Positions 1 to 8,797 are shown, numbered from the stretch's first letter. The stretch: 32,000 nucleotides of DNA from Polynucleobacter sp. MWH-UH19D (GCF_040409795.1 NZ_CP099571.1:1713439-1745438), one strand, 5' to 3'. Notes: generated by a model not told the origin, from the letters alone. A program made the numbers and translations.

Positions 1-30
1 AGAAACGGTACACACCTTGCGCACAGAATT

Positions 31-47
31 TGTCGTTTTAAACGACA
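31..47. repeat. 17-bp palindrome copy P1 (TGTCGTTTTAAACGACA, centre T)
   Basis: Perfect palindrome read directly; lies 3 nt beyond the stop of the minus-strand ORF 51..812. Confidence 0.95.
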
Positions 48-50
48 TTT

Positions 51-812
51 CTATCCCACCTTAACTTCATAAGCCTCTTTGTAAATTGGCTTAAGAACTC
101 TTACCAATGAATCTACATCCATTGCGGCTAAGTTGGATCTACCGCCCAATGTATCAACTTTCATCATGAAATTTCTAAAATTATCCCTCTTGAAAGGCGT
201 ACCAGATGTGTAGGCTTCATCAGTAATTTTAAGAATGGCGGTTGTGACATTAATTGCATTTGCTGAACTATTTCTCTCTAAAAGAGATGATCGATAGTCA
301 CTATTGAAAAATAGAATTTCAAAAACCTTATCGACAGAGAAAGCTGGTATGTTTTTAGCCATATATCCCATCCACCACAAGCGAGAGATAGCGTTATCTC
401 TCATGCGACCACGGACTCCATTGGCAAACCAGTGACTTGAGATGTGATTCTGAATCTTTTCTTCGCTTGATGATTTGAATGGCCATCTTTCGTTTACATA
501 TCCTTTAAACAAGGAGAAACATAAAGTAACCCATAATCTTTCATCGGTTGCCTGGGCGGGTGTTAGTTCAGGCAAAATTTGAAGAATCAATTTACAGTTT
601 TCGGTATCTCCATTTAATTCCTGAGTTGCCCCCTTTGGCATCACCAGAGTAACCTCAGTATTAACTTTGTAATTTGTTGTCACAAGAGACAAATGCAATT
701 CATCACACAAATCATCAAATGACAGTTCCAGTAATGCTGGATTCGCCAAGAGAGATCTCTTGAGCTTTAGTACGCTCTCAGTTTTTAAAACGCTATATAA
801 GTTATCCGACAT
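51..812 (-). CDS. Hypothetical protein, last gene of the methyltransferase/GHKL operon
   Basis: 253-aa ORF whose start overlaps the upstream gene by 11 nt (translational coupling). No motif I can name; contains W-rich segments (DERLWVTL, ISRLWWMGY). Confidence 0.75.
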   Translation of the reverse strand: MSDNLYSVLKTESVLKLKRSLLANPALLELSFDDLCDELHLSLVTTNYKVNTEVTLVMPKGATQELNGDTENCKLILQILPELTPAQATDERLWVTLCFSLFKGYVNERWPFKSSSEEKIQNHISSHWFANGVRGRMRDNAISRLWWMGYMAKNIPAFSVDKVFEILFFNSDYRSSLLERNSSANAINVTTAILKITDEAYTSGTPFKRDNFRNFMMKVDTLGGRSNLAAMDVDSLVRVLKPIYKEAYEVKVG

Positions 813-1632
813 TTCTAATCAACCTTTGTACGCCATATTTGGCAACTAGTTTTTGTGAATTTATGCAGAGTTCATTGAAATCACTCTCTTCGCTAATATG
901 CACACCGAGAGTTTCGAGCTTTAACTTCAAGGCCCTTACCCACTTATATCCATCAGCGTCTTCATTTTTAATGATGTATTCCAAGGCTGCATGTATACAG
1001 TCTTTATATACAGACATTGCCAACATAGGAGCCTTATCCCGCTCCTCCCTACATACATCCCAAACATGTCGGAATTTTTTACCCATCAAAATGATGATCA
1101 TGTCTTGCTCAAGACTAAAGCGATAAGTCTCTTCTGGAATTTCAGTTGATGTCTCAACCCTAACCAATGATTCAAACTGCAATTTATCAAATTCAATGTA
1201 TCGAATTTGCGGATCATCGATTGCCATAATGTCACCCGTTTGAAGTGCGAATGGCTCTTCGCCAAACTCTTCATTCAAGTCTTCAGATTGAAAACTTTGA
1301 ATATTCTGGGAAACAATAACCAAAGGAGTAAACGTAACTTTTCCATATAACTGGCCCGTCTCAAAATCGATTTGCCCATCATTGCCAACTAAAAATACTT
1401 TTCTAAATAAAGTGTCGGAGCAATGGACATCAATTGCATAAGATGCCTTCTTGGCTACAATCAACTTTTGAATGTCATCGTTAGATAATAAAAAGCTATA
1501 GTCGAGAATGACATGCTCTGCTGGGCCCGCCATCTCCTTACGTGTATCCATCGTTGATTGAAACTCCGAGTCTAGATAATCATCACCTCGACCCAAAATT
1601 GGATATGGAAATGCCTTAATTATTGACTTCAT
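802..1632 (-). CDS. Hypothetical protein, third large gene of the methyltransferase/GHKL operon
   Basis: 276-aa ORF overlapping both neighbours (17 nt and 11 nt). No recognisable catalytic motif. Confidence 0.75.
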   Translation of the reverse strand: MKSIIKAFPYPILGRGDDYLDSEFQSTMDTRKEMAGPAEHVILDYSFLLSNDDIQKLIVAKKASYAIDVHCSDTLFRKVFLVGNDGQIDFETGQLYGKVTFTPLVIVSQNIQSFQSEDLNEEFGEEPFALQTGDIMAIDDPQIRYIEFDKLQFESLVRVETSTEIPEETYRFSLEQDMIIILMGKKFRHVWDVCREERDKAPMLAMSVYKDCIHAALEYIIKNEDADGYKWVRALKLKLETLGVHISEESDFNELCINSQKLVAKYGVQRLIRNVG

Positions 1633-3529
1633 GTGCCTCAGCCTCTATCGCAAAATCTACAGTCTTATCCGCAAAGGTTACTAATACATATTCCCTTTGC
1701 CCGCTAATTAGTTCAACGTCTATCGCAGTGACTGGCTTGTTATTAACTATCAAGCTAATCGGCTCACTTCCAATCTCACCAGATTTTTTAAATCTAATCG
1801 ACGCCAAACCTGTTATAGGAGAATCAAAGTAAATATAGGCTTGGTTAGAACCTGTCGCCCGCATCCTCAAGTTTTCTAACTTCTGATAATTTTTGGGTAG
1901 CCCTCCATGCGTCGGAGAAGATGGCCCAACAATCTTTTTACCCCCTTTTGGATCTGGCAAGTTGCCCCCCTTACCTTTTCGCTTCTTATTGCCGCCTCTA
2001 AGGCCACGCCCATCCATTTCTTCAGGGTCGCCATCACCCGCTTTGGGTTTATCTGAAGGAGTCGGTTTTGGCTTAAATGAGTAGTTTCCATTAGCTATCT
2101 GAATTGAAGCACCACGCTCTAATGTGCCACTACCTTCTTCTGGATTCTCAGAGATTTCAGAAAAAAGATCTTGGAGCTCATCTACAGTCACGCGATCTGT
2201 GGATGAATACTCTGCAAAACGTTTAAGTAGATCCCTTACAGCATTAGAAAATGTGTAATATTTTTTTTCGGCTTCTTTACGTTTTTGTAAATTGTCAATC
2301 CGATCAAATGCAAAATTATTATGCTCGGGATTTTCAAGTGTTTTCAGGGTTTCAGACCCATCCCCAGTTACACAAACAAAGAAATCAAAAGGCTTCAAAT
2401 TTGGAAATCTCTGCAACGCCGGTGCGGATCTTGTTATCAACATTCCATTTTCGCGAGCAATCGCTACTGAACGCCCTTCAACATCTTCATTCATCCTTAT
2501 GTACCAATCAATTCTTCCGAATTTAGGTATCTGTTGCTCGCCCTTATGAGTACTATTAACAACGGTTTCAATTGCCTGGAAACAATCTAACAAATAATCT
2601 TTATTAACCTCATCAAACTCTTGGCTCAATCTATCTTTGTAGTACTGATACTTTTCTTCGATATTTTGAGAATTTAATTCCTCGTCTTCACCAATCTTGA
2701 CGATTAAACTTCCTTTACGAATTGCATAGAAAAAGTTTGCTATTGCAGTAATAACAATAGAAGGATACGAATTCAAATTAAAAATAGTATGTGGAACAAA
2801 AATACTTGTACCTGTATTTTTTGAGAACTTTTCTCTAATATCTATTGCCCATTGCGGTATATCTAAGCCATCCAATGGAAGGCAGCCCGCAGGTATTCCA
2901 TAAAAACCCGTTCCTTGAGTCATTTCATGTTCAGTTTTGTTGTAAGACTGAAGGATGCTCTTACCCTGAAACCTATAAACGTGCTGATTATTTTGCTCAA
3001 TTTTCGTCAAATAAAAGAGTGCGCGAACATTGCTATTTGCAAAAGGTGCTTTAGAACCATGTCCAAATGACCCCAATGATGAAGCTGAAGTCTTTTGACT
3101 TAAGCCTGCACCCTTAGTCAAAGCGAACCATGCTCCATTAGGCCCGCCAATTGGGCCAGTTAATCCAGTCGTATTACTGTCGTGTATGCACAAAAAATTA
3201 ATTTTCTCTTCATCATTAATTAGTTTGATTGCGCGATCATAAAAATCAACAGCAGGATCGAGGTTTTGTTTCTTAGCAGTAGCTTTTGCTTGAACAAGAT
3301 GCTCCTCAAGCTCCGATACCTCTGGAACATCTTTTTTATCGATGCTAACTATATTGAATGAGACTGTAACTGGTTCAGTTCTCATCAATCCTGCATCTAA
3401 GCTGTTTTGAACAATTTCTCTCACGAGAGATGAAAGTCGATGCCCTTTAAAAGTGTCTATCCCAGAATCATTAAACCCTGCGGCTAGACCCCCTTGGTTA
3501 TCAGGAAAGTACCATTTCGCCTTTGACAT
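1616..3529 (-). CDS. GHKL (Bergerat-fold, MORC/Hsp90/MutL-like) ATPase with a Gly/Lys/Pro-rich linker and a C-terminal beta-rich domain
   Basis: N-box EIVQNSLDA (ExxxNxxD), HDSNTTGLTG (DxGxG-like) and GSFGHGSKA (GxxGxG lid) near the N-terminus. 637 aa; start overlaps the methyltransferase stop by 29 nt. Confidence 0.8.
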   Translation of the reverse strand: MSKAKWYFPDNQGGLAAGFNDSGIDTFKGHRLSSLVREIVQNSLDAGLMRTEPVTVSFNIVSIDKKDVPEVSELEEHLVQAKATAKKQNLDPAVDFYDRAIKLINDEEKINFLCIHDSNTTGLTGPIGGPNGAWFALTKGAGLSQKTSASSLGSFGHGSKAPFANSNVRALFYLTKIEQNNQHVYRFQGKSILQSYNKTEHEMTQGTGFYGIPAGCLPLDGLDIPQWAIDIREKFSKNTGTSIFVPHTIFNLNSYPSIVITAIANFFYAIRKGSLIVKIGEDEELNSQNIEEKYQYYKDRLSQEFDEVNKDYLLDCFQAIETVVNSTHKGEQQIPKFGRIDWYIRMNEDVEGRSVAIARENGMLITRSAPALQRFPNLKPFDFFVCVTGDGSETLKTLENPEHNNFAFDRIDNLQKRKEAEKKYYTFSNAVRDLLKRFAEYSSTDRVTVDELQDLFSEISENPEEGSGTLERGASIQIANGNYSFKPKPTPSDKPKAGDGDPEEMDGRGLRGGNKKRKGKGGNLPDPKGGKKIVGPSSPTHGGLPKNYQKLENLRMRATGSNQAYIYFDSPITGLASIRFKKSGEIGSEPISLIVNNKPVTAIDVELISGQREYVLVTFADKTVDFAIEAEAHEVNN

Positions 3530-4520
3530 TTTCTTCCTCTAATATTGTTTGAATAATTTTTTTAAATATTTCATCTGCTACATCTGTACAAATTGCATTT
3601 CCGATCATTGAAAGTTTTGAGCTTTCTGAAATTCCAGCTGGAAACTCAAATTCCTTCTTTTCAATGCATTGCAACCTCATCAACTCATCCACACTTAATT
3701 TACGAACACCAAAGTCATCGACTAAAAAAGGCACGTTATGGCCACCACCGCCCATATTGGCGGTTAATGTAGGGCAAACATTTTCAGGACATGAACGAGC
3801 ATCCACACGTCGAATTTGAAAGAGCCTATTTGTCCCATCCAATTCGGCGTTTCTTCTAATCATCCTTGCATATTTGTTCTCTTCATCAAGATAGAGTCTT
3901 GCTTCGCTTCTTTTATCTTTGTTGATGTATTTCCATAGATTTTTTTTACCCTTTTTTACTTCTGGAAATATGAACTTATTTTTCTTAAAATATTTTGAGT
4001 GTGTAGCAACTATGAATAATCTCTCTCGTCTTTGTGCTGTATCCCCGATTTCATAGCTATCCAATATTTGGGCGTTATTAATATTGACCCAGTAACCGGC
4101 CTTTCTAAGTTCATTGATTACGACTCGCAATCTTGCCCCGCCATCAAATAACTTCAAATTTGGAACGTTTTCAAGCAATAACACTTTTGGAGGGTTTGCC
4201 ATTTCCCCGCAAATTCTTGGAATCTCAAAAAACAACTTCCCACGCTCGTCATCAAAACCTAGATTTTCACCAGCCACTGAAAATGATTGGCAGGGAAACC
4301 CCGCAGACAAAATATCTATAGTTTCATTTAACTCGGGGAACTCCGATGGACAAACTTCTCTTACATCCCCCATAAACACAGTAGATGATGGGAAGTTGTG
4401 CCGTAGCGTAAGACAACAAGCATCATCCATTTCGTTTATAAAAACGGTTTCAACGCCGTTTCTTTGGGCAGCAAGAACAAATCCCCCCAATCCGGCAAAA
4501 AGAGCTACATGTCGATACAT
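3501..4520 (-). CDS. DNA (cytosine-5) methyltransferase
   Basis: Canonical C5-MTase motifs: FAGLGG (motif I), GFPCQSFS (motif IV, catalytic Cys), ENV (motif VI), QRRERLFIV (motif VIII) and C-terminal GNA (motif X). Confidence 0.92.
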   Translation of the reverse strand: MYRHVALFAGLGGFVLAAQRNGVETVFINEMDDACCLTLRHNFPSSTVFMGDVREVCPSEFPELNETIDILSAGFPCQSFSVAGENLGFDDERGKLFFEIPRICGEMANPPKVLLLENVPNLKLFDGGARLRVVINELRKAGYWVNINNAQILDSYEIGDTAQRRERLFIVATHSKYFKKNKFIFPEVKKGKKNLWKYINKDKRSEARLYLDEENKYARMIRRNAELDGTNRLFQIRRVDARSCPENVCPTLTANMGGGGHNVPFLVDDFGVRKLSVDELMRLQCIEKKEFEFPAGISESSKLSMIGNAICTDVADEIFKKIIQTILEEENVKGEMVLS

Positions 4521-4537
4521 TCAAAAAACCTTTAATT

Positions 4538-4786
4538 CTATTTTTTAGACTTATTTTTAAAGGTAAATGCTACCTGGCTTTCAGCTGAACCTGACTTATA
4601 TCTCTGTTTTGCGTTTTTCATTTCAGACTCAAGGGCATCAAACATCTCTTTTACATGCTCTTCGCTGTATGAATAATTTCGCGTATCACTTAGGTTTCCA
4701 ATAAGCCTAATTCGATTCATAGCTTCTGATACCCTTTTCTGGGCCAGGCGCTCAAACTTCTCATACTTCTCAGTATCTTTAGTCAT
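4538..4786 (-). CDS. Small helical protein, first gene of the methyltransferase operon (possible controller/regulator)
   Basis: 82-aa ORF with a GGAAGGA Shine-Dalgarno just upstream, 17 nt upstream of the methyltransferase gene on the same strand. Confidence 0.6.
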   Translation of the reverse strand: MTKDTEKYEKFERLAQKRVSEAMNRIRLIGNLSDTRNYSYSEEHVKEMFDALESEMKNAKQRYKSGSAESQVAFTFKNKSKK

Positions 4787-4901
4787 ATTTTTCCTTCCAG
4801 TGTTACTACAAATTTGATATATTTCTGTAATATATCATAAAATTATACTTAGATATAGAAATATTCATAATATATTTTTGCAATATTAAGGATATAAGTA
4901 C

Positions 4902-5204
4902 ATGAAATTATTACCTTTTTTCACAATACTATTTGCAACATTCGGGGCATATGCTCAGCCTTACAACCTAAATAGCTCCCCATACAACATGGAGAACTCG
5001 CCCTACAACATGGAGAACTCGCCCTACAACATGCGAAATAGCCCTTACAACATCGAGAACAGTCCATACAACTTAAATTCAACAAATGGGGTTTACGACA
5101 ATTCTGGCAATCGCATTGGTTATGAAGTTAAAGCCCCAAGTGGGGTTACAAACTATTTTGACAATAGCGGAAACAGGATTGGGTATACCCCAGCAAAAAA
5201 ATGA
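4902..5204 (+). CDS. Secreted small repeat protein (SPYN heptad repeats plus two DNSGNRIGY repeats)
   Basis: AAGGA SD; signal-peptide-like N-terminus MKLLPFFTILFATFGAYA; six PYN[LMI]xNS heptads encoded by 21-bp tandem repeats. Confidence 0.7.
   Translation: MKLLPFFTILFATFGAYAQPYNLNSSPYNMENSPYNMENSPYNMRNSPYNIENSPYNLNSTNGVYDNSGNRIGYEVKAPSGVTNYFDNSGNRIGYTPAKK
4958..5084 (+). repeat. Six tandem 21-bp coding repeats (cc[ct]tacaacatggagaactcg-like)
   Basis: Read directly; two adjacent units are identical (5001-5021 matches the preceding unit) and the outer units are degenerate. Confidence 0.85.
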
Positions 5205-5440
5205 TTGCATCCCTAGTAATTGCTATTGCTTTGGCGACAATCAAGCCCGAACCCGTCTTGATACGTAGCGCAATTGATCTTTCAAGAATCATTGGACTAC
5301 CAAGAATGAAGTCTTTTGATAAGCATATTTTGAAAACTGTCTACTTAAATGAAATGGATTCAAGTCAGACCTATCAATCCAATACAAGACGAGAATTTTT
5401 TAATAATTATTTCAGAATAAGTGCAACAAGAATTAGGTAA
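5201..5440 (+). CDS. Hypothetical small protein with a hydrophobic N-terminus
   Basis: ATGA start/stop overlap with the upstream gene; same-strand tight spacing with 5450..5794. Confidence 0.4.
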   Translation: MIASLVIAIALATIKPEPVLIRSAIDLSRIIGLPRMKSFDKHILKTVYLNEMDSSQTYQSNTRREFFNNYFRISATRIR

Positions 5441-5449
5441 GGAGAGAAG

Positions 5450-5794
5450 ATGCGTGACTATACATACATAGATGGCTATCGATTCACAATCTGGAACATA
5501 TATCGTAGCAAACGCTTTGATATTGACCGTCTAGATATAAATTTTGCTGATAAAGAGAAGCCTAACTTTGTCAGAGGATTGAGGGTGGTAGATCACAACG
5601 AATCGGAAACTTATTTACTTCATGGAGGAGATGCTGACAATCTAAGCTACAGCCTGTGTTACCTTCATCATGAGAACAAAGAAAATATTCCAGATTATTT
5701 TGATGAATACCTAATTCAAGCCACTTCCAAAAAAGAATATCTTGTCCATAAATTATTTGAAGAAGAGAAACCATTAGAAGTTGCCGTTCATTAG
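5450..5794 (+). CDS. Hypothetical protein
   Basis: 114-aa ORF with a strong SD (AAGGAGAGAAG before ATG). Confidence 0.65.
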   Translation: MRDYTYIDGYRFTIWNIYRSKRFDIDRLDINFADKEKPNFVRGLRVVDHNESETYLLHGGDADNLSYSLCYLHHENKENIPDYFDEYLIQATSKKEYLVHKLFEEEKPLEVAVH

Positions 5795-5806
5795 CCCTTC
5801 AATAAA

Positions 5807-5823
5807 TGTCGTTTTAAACGACG
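5807..5823. repeat. 17-bp palindrome copy P2 (TGTCGTTTTAAACGACG, centre T)
   Basis: Lies 12 nt after the stop of 5450..5794 and directly abuts the stop of the minus-strand mini-ORF. Confidence 0.95.
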
Positions 5824-5994
5824 TTATTTGCGCTTTCGATTTCTACGCTCAAACTCAATAGCCCCGTCCAATATCGCTTTTTGTTTCTCAGCCTCTTTAT
5901 GACGATTAATTAAGTCTTTGCCTGTAATGACCGATTTGTCATTTAGCAGGTCATCTAAAGTCTTTTTAATCTTCTTCGATTCGCTTGTGAGCAT
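5824..5994 (-). CDS. Possible 56-aa basic/helical mini-protein (MLTSESKKIKKTLDDLL...ERRNRKRK)
   Basis: Hand-translated ORF below the 60-aa cut-off of the track. It fills most of the 207-bp space between palindromes P2 and P3. No clear SD. Confidence 0.3.
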   Translation of the reverse strand: MLTSESKKIKKTLDDLLNDKSVITGKDLINRHKEAEKQKAILDGAIEFERRNRKRK

Positions 5995-6030
5995 TTTTAA
6001 ATGCTAATAAAGACTTGGGGTAATGTCTAC

Positions 6031-6047
6031 TGTCGTTTTAAACGACA
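6031..6047. repeat. 17-bp palindrome copy P3 (centre T)
   Basis: Perfect copy; it overlaps the stop codon and last three Val codons of ORF 6038..7015. Confidence 0.95.
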
Positions 6048-7015
6048 ACTTTAGACTTTCTTTTTCGACTTACACGCAATCTCAAATTAATATAAAACTT
6101 TCTTATGCGAATTAGCCAATTAAGCAGATGAAATAAGGCTTTTGGGAATACATTATCCAAGAAGACAAGCAATATCAAGCTATGTACAAGTAATAAAAAA
6201 TCACTTCCTATTAGATTTCCAAGATACGTATCCTCATCAACTGGCAGCATCATCCAACAAAAAATTGCCACGACTACTGCAAAAAGAATAATTACTCTTT
6301 TTGAGGCTTTATATCCAGCAATTTCTAAAAAATCCGTGCCAGTCACCTTAAGACTATTTTTGGAATAGCCGTCAAAGTAAGTCATTCTCTCTAAACTTTC
6401 GTCGAGAGTTCTTCCAAAGCATCCTTCCAAAAGGAATTTGACGGAATTTATCAGCACATCTAATAGCTTGGTAATAAAACCTGAAACAAAAGCCTTCGAT
6501 CTCAGGCCAATCCCTTTAACAAGATGCACTGAATCAATATGAGCCTCAAATAAGGTAACTAAAATTTTTACGCCTGGAACCAGCTTGTATGCATCATCTA
6601 CAAAGCAGTCCTTCTCTGAATCATAAAAATAAGACCCAATTAAATCCAAATCCATTGGTTTTGGAGTAGAAAAACTTATGGCAACAGAATCTTTAGTGGG
6701 GCAACTAGGATCATCATAGTCATAGTCAATATTTTTAGTCCTATATTTACTCATTACCGCAATACGAAATCTAAGCGGTATGTACCTATCTCCTTTTAAT
6801 TCAAACCTATTCTCATACACGGCCCAAATAACGGCTATGTTGTCTGGATTTCCCTTCTTATCCTTTGCTGGCTTGTATCTAATATCATTGGGATAATTTT
6901 TTTGAATCGAAAATCCGACCTTAGCATCGGTTAGCAACGTAGGGTCATCAAAGCCTGCGAAATTAATGTCGCCAAACTTATCTAAAAATTCTTGGGAATT
7001 TTGAAGGTATGCCAT
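6038..7015 (-). CDS. Hypothetical membrane-anchored protein (soluble N-terminal ~230 aa plus two C-terminal TM helices and a basic tail)
   Basis: 325-aa ORF; hydrophobic stretches VIILFAVVVAIFCWMML and FLLLVHSLILLVFL near the C-terminus. Confidence 0.65.
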   Translation of the reverse strand: MAYLQNSQEFLDKFGDINFAGFDDPTLLTDAKVGFSIQKNYPNDIRYKPAKDKKGNPDNIAVIWAVYENRFELKGDRYIPLRFRIAVMSKYRTKNIDYDYDDPSCPTKDSVAISFSTPKPMDLDLIGSYFYDSEKDCFVDDAYKLVPGVKILVTLFEAHIDSVHLVKGIGLRSKAFVSGFITKLLDVLINSVKFLLEGCFGRTLDESLERMTYFDGYSKNSLKVTGTDFLEIAGYKASKRVIILFAVVVAIFCWMMLPVDEDTYLGNLIGSDFLLLVHSLILLVFLDNVFPKALFHLLNWLIRIRKFYINLRLRVSRKRKSKVVV

Positions 7016-7104
7016 AGCCTAATTATGAGCGGCATTTAGAAATGATGCTGTAATTTTTATCCTGCATTTTCTGGTTGCCCAACTCTACACACCGAAATTA
7101 AGCT

Positions 7105-8397
7105 ATGTTTTTCGCCACAAAAAACATGCTTAAAGAAACAGAAGTGCTTGCCCTTTTCTTTCAAAGCGCCTCTACCTCTGAAAAATCACCCCAACTCAAA
7201 TACCTAGAAAACTTAGCTACTGGCAAGCTAGTACATATGAGGGATGGCAACATCACTTTGTATAAGCGAGAGCGCAGTAAACAGTGGCAAATGCGCTTTA
7301 GGCTTTATGACAAAAAGTGGCACAGAGTCAGTACAGGCTATGAAGATCTGGAATACGCCAAAAAGAAAGCTGGCGATATTTACGATAGAGCCCGCTTTAT
7401 GGAAGAGCTGGGATTGCCACCCCTCAATAAACGCTTTGATTCAGCTGCAGAGTCAACCAAGATAGAACTACAAGGTGATTTAGATAATGGCGTAGGCAAA
7501 AAGATCTATGTAGATTACATCGCAGTAATTGATAACTACCTGATTCCCTTCTTTGGCAAGAAACACTTAACTAACATTAACCACCAAGATATTGCTGAAT
7601 ATGAAGTATGGCGAGCAGACAAGATGAAACGCAAGCTCATGCGCTCAACCATGATGACGCACTTCTCCGCATACAACAGAGTGTTTGATTCAGCAATCAA
7701 GCGTGGCTGGCTAAGCGATAAACACGCCGTACCTAGACTGGGTACTAAAGGGGAGAAAAGCACTCCGAGGCCAGCCTTTACTAGAAAAGAAATTGACTAC
7801 TTGCTGGAATTCTTAAAAACCTGGAGTCAAGGCGGCAAAAATCAAGAAGCTCACCAAGGCAGGCTATTGCTTCGCGATTACATCGAAATATTGATGGCCA
7901 CAGGAATGCGCCATGGTACAGAAGCATTTAACATCCAATGGCGCCATTTAGAGTGGCATACAGATAAGAGCGTTAGATACTTACGCATATGGGTGAATGG
8001 CAAAACAGGCGCTCGCTGGCTAATTGCAAGACACGAAGCTGTTCCAGTAATAGAGCGACTTAAAGCTCGCTTTACAGAATGGGATCACTTAACGCTTGAT
8101 CAATTGCTTGAAGAAAAGCGTGAAGAGTTTGTATGGCGACATCCTAATGGTGAGCGCCCATATGACTTTGTGAGCAGCTTTAAGTGGCTTATGAAAGACT
8201 CTGGATTATTGCTATCGACTACAGGGCATAAGCGCACCATGTATAGCTTCAGACATACCTACGCTACCTTTAGCTTAGTGGAATGGGGCATGGATATTCA
8301 TACGCTAGCAAAGCAAATGGGCACTTCCGTACAAATGCTGGAACGCTTTTACAGCAAACTAACTGCAACGCTAGCAGCTGAGAAACTAGCGGGATAG
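7105..8397 (+). CDS. Tyrosine recombinase / phage-type integrase
   Basis: Catalytic-domain signatures: ATGMRHGTE (Arg I), SFRHTYAT (H-x-x-R) and ERFYSKL (Tyr nucleophile region). The start is uncertain; an internal Met at ~7237 is possible. Confidence 0.85.
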   Translation: MFFATKNMLKETEVLALFFQSASTSEKSPQLKYLENLATGKLVHMRDGNITLYKRERSKQWQMRFRLYDKKWHRVSTGYEDLEYAKKKAGDIYDRARFMEELGLPPLNKRFDSAAESTKIELQGDLDNGVGKKIYVDYIAVIDNYLIPFFGKKHLTNINHQDIAEYEVWRADKMKRKLMRSTMMTHFSAYNRVFDSAIKRGWLSDKHAVPRLGTKGEKSTPRPAFTRKEIDYLLEFLKTWSQGGKNQEAHQGRLLLRDYIEILMATGMRHGTEAFNIQWRHLEWHTDKSVRYLRIWVNGKTGARWLIARHEAVPVIERLKARFTEWDHLTLDQLLEEKREEFVWRHPNGERPYDFVSSFKWLMKDSGLLLSTTGHKRTMYSFRHTYATFSLVEWGMDIHTLAKQMGTSVQMLERFYSKLTATLAAEKLAG

Positions 8398-8533
8398 GAA
8401 CCATTTAAAATGGCTCTTGCATAGTTAATCAGGTAAAACTTAATTCAGATTGATCAACTGTAAAAATCAGCGATTTTGAATCAAATGACCGAATTATTGA
8501 GTAGTCAAAATCAAGTGGGATCTAAAAAAGTAG

Positions 8534-8797
8534 TTAAAGCACAACTTTCTGTGCGCTTAATTTTTTGATCTTAGCTTGAGCTTTTTGAATTTGTTGCGCT
8601 TTACGCTCTGTATCCAATGCTTGCTTAGCAATTTGAGCATTACGCTTAAGTGAGTTAATGCGGGCTTGTGAAGGCGTCAATGGTTTAGTAGGTTTGAATT
8701 CGTAAAAGCGCATACGATTATTTATATGCGCCTTTACATGACCACTACTTACCAAATCCAGCACGAACGGCACCACTGGCTTGCTCAATTTGAGCAT
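8534..8797 (-). CDS. Hypothetical small basic protein
   Basis: ORF with a GGAGAG SD before the ATG at 8797; overlaps the upstream gene by ~53 nt. A shorter form starting at 8713 (MRFYEF...) is an alternative. Confidence 0.45.
   Translation of the reverse strand: MLKLSKPVVPFVLDLVSSGHVKAHINNRMRFYEFKPTKPLTPSQARINSLKRNAQIAKQALDTERKAQQIQKAQAKIKKLSAQKVVL

Noticed and set aside
839-4548. Plus-strand ORFs in the track (839..1126, 1623..1832, 1893..2084, 2251..2549, 2845..3054, 4114..4548, 4133..4321) and the off-frame minus-strand ORF 1876..2091
   Set aside because: All lie within the long motif-bearing minus-strand genes (methyltransferase, GHKL ATPase and partners): the plus-strand ORFs antisense to them, 1876..2091 in an alternative frame of the same strand. 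They have low-complexity or Ser/Pro/Leu-rich translations and no SD. They are shadow ORFs.
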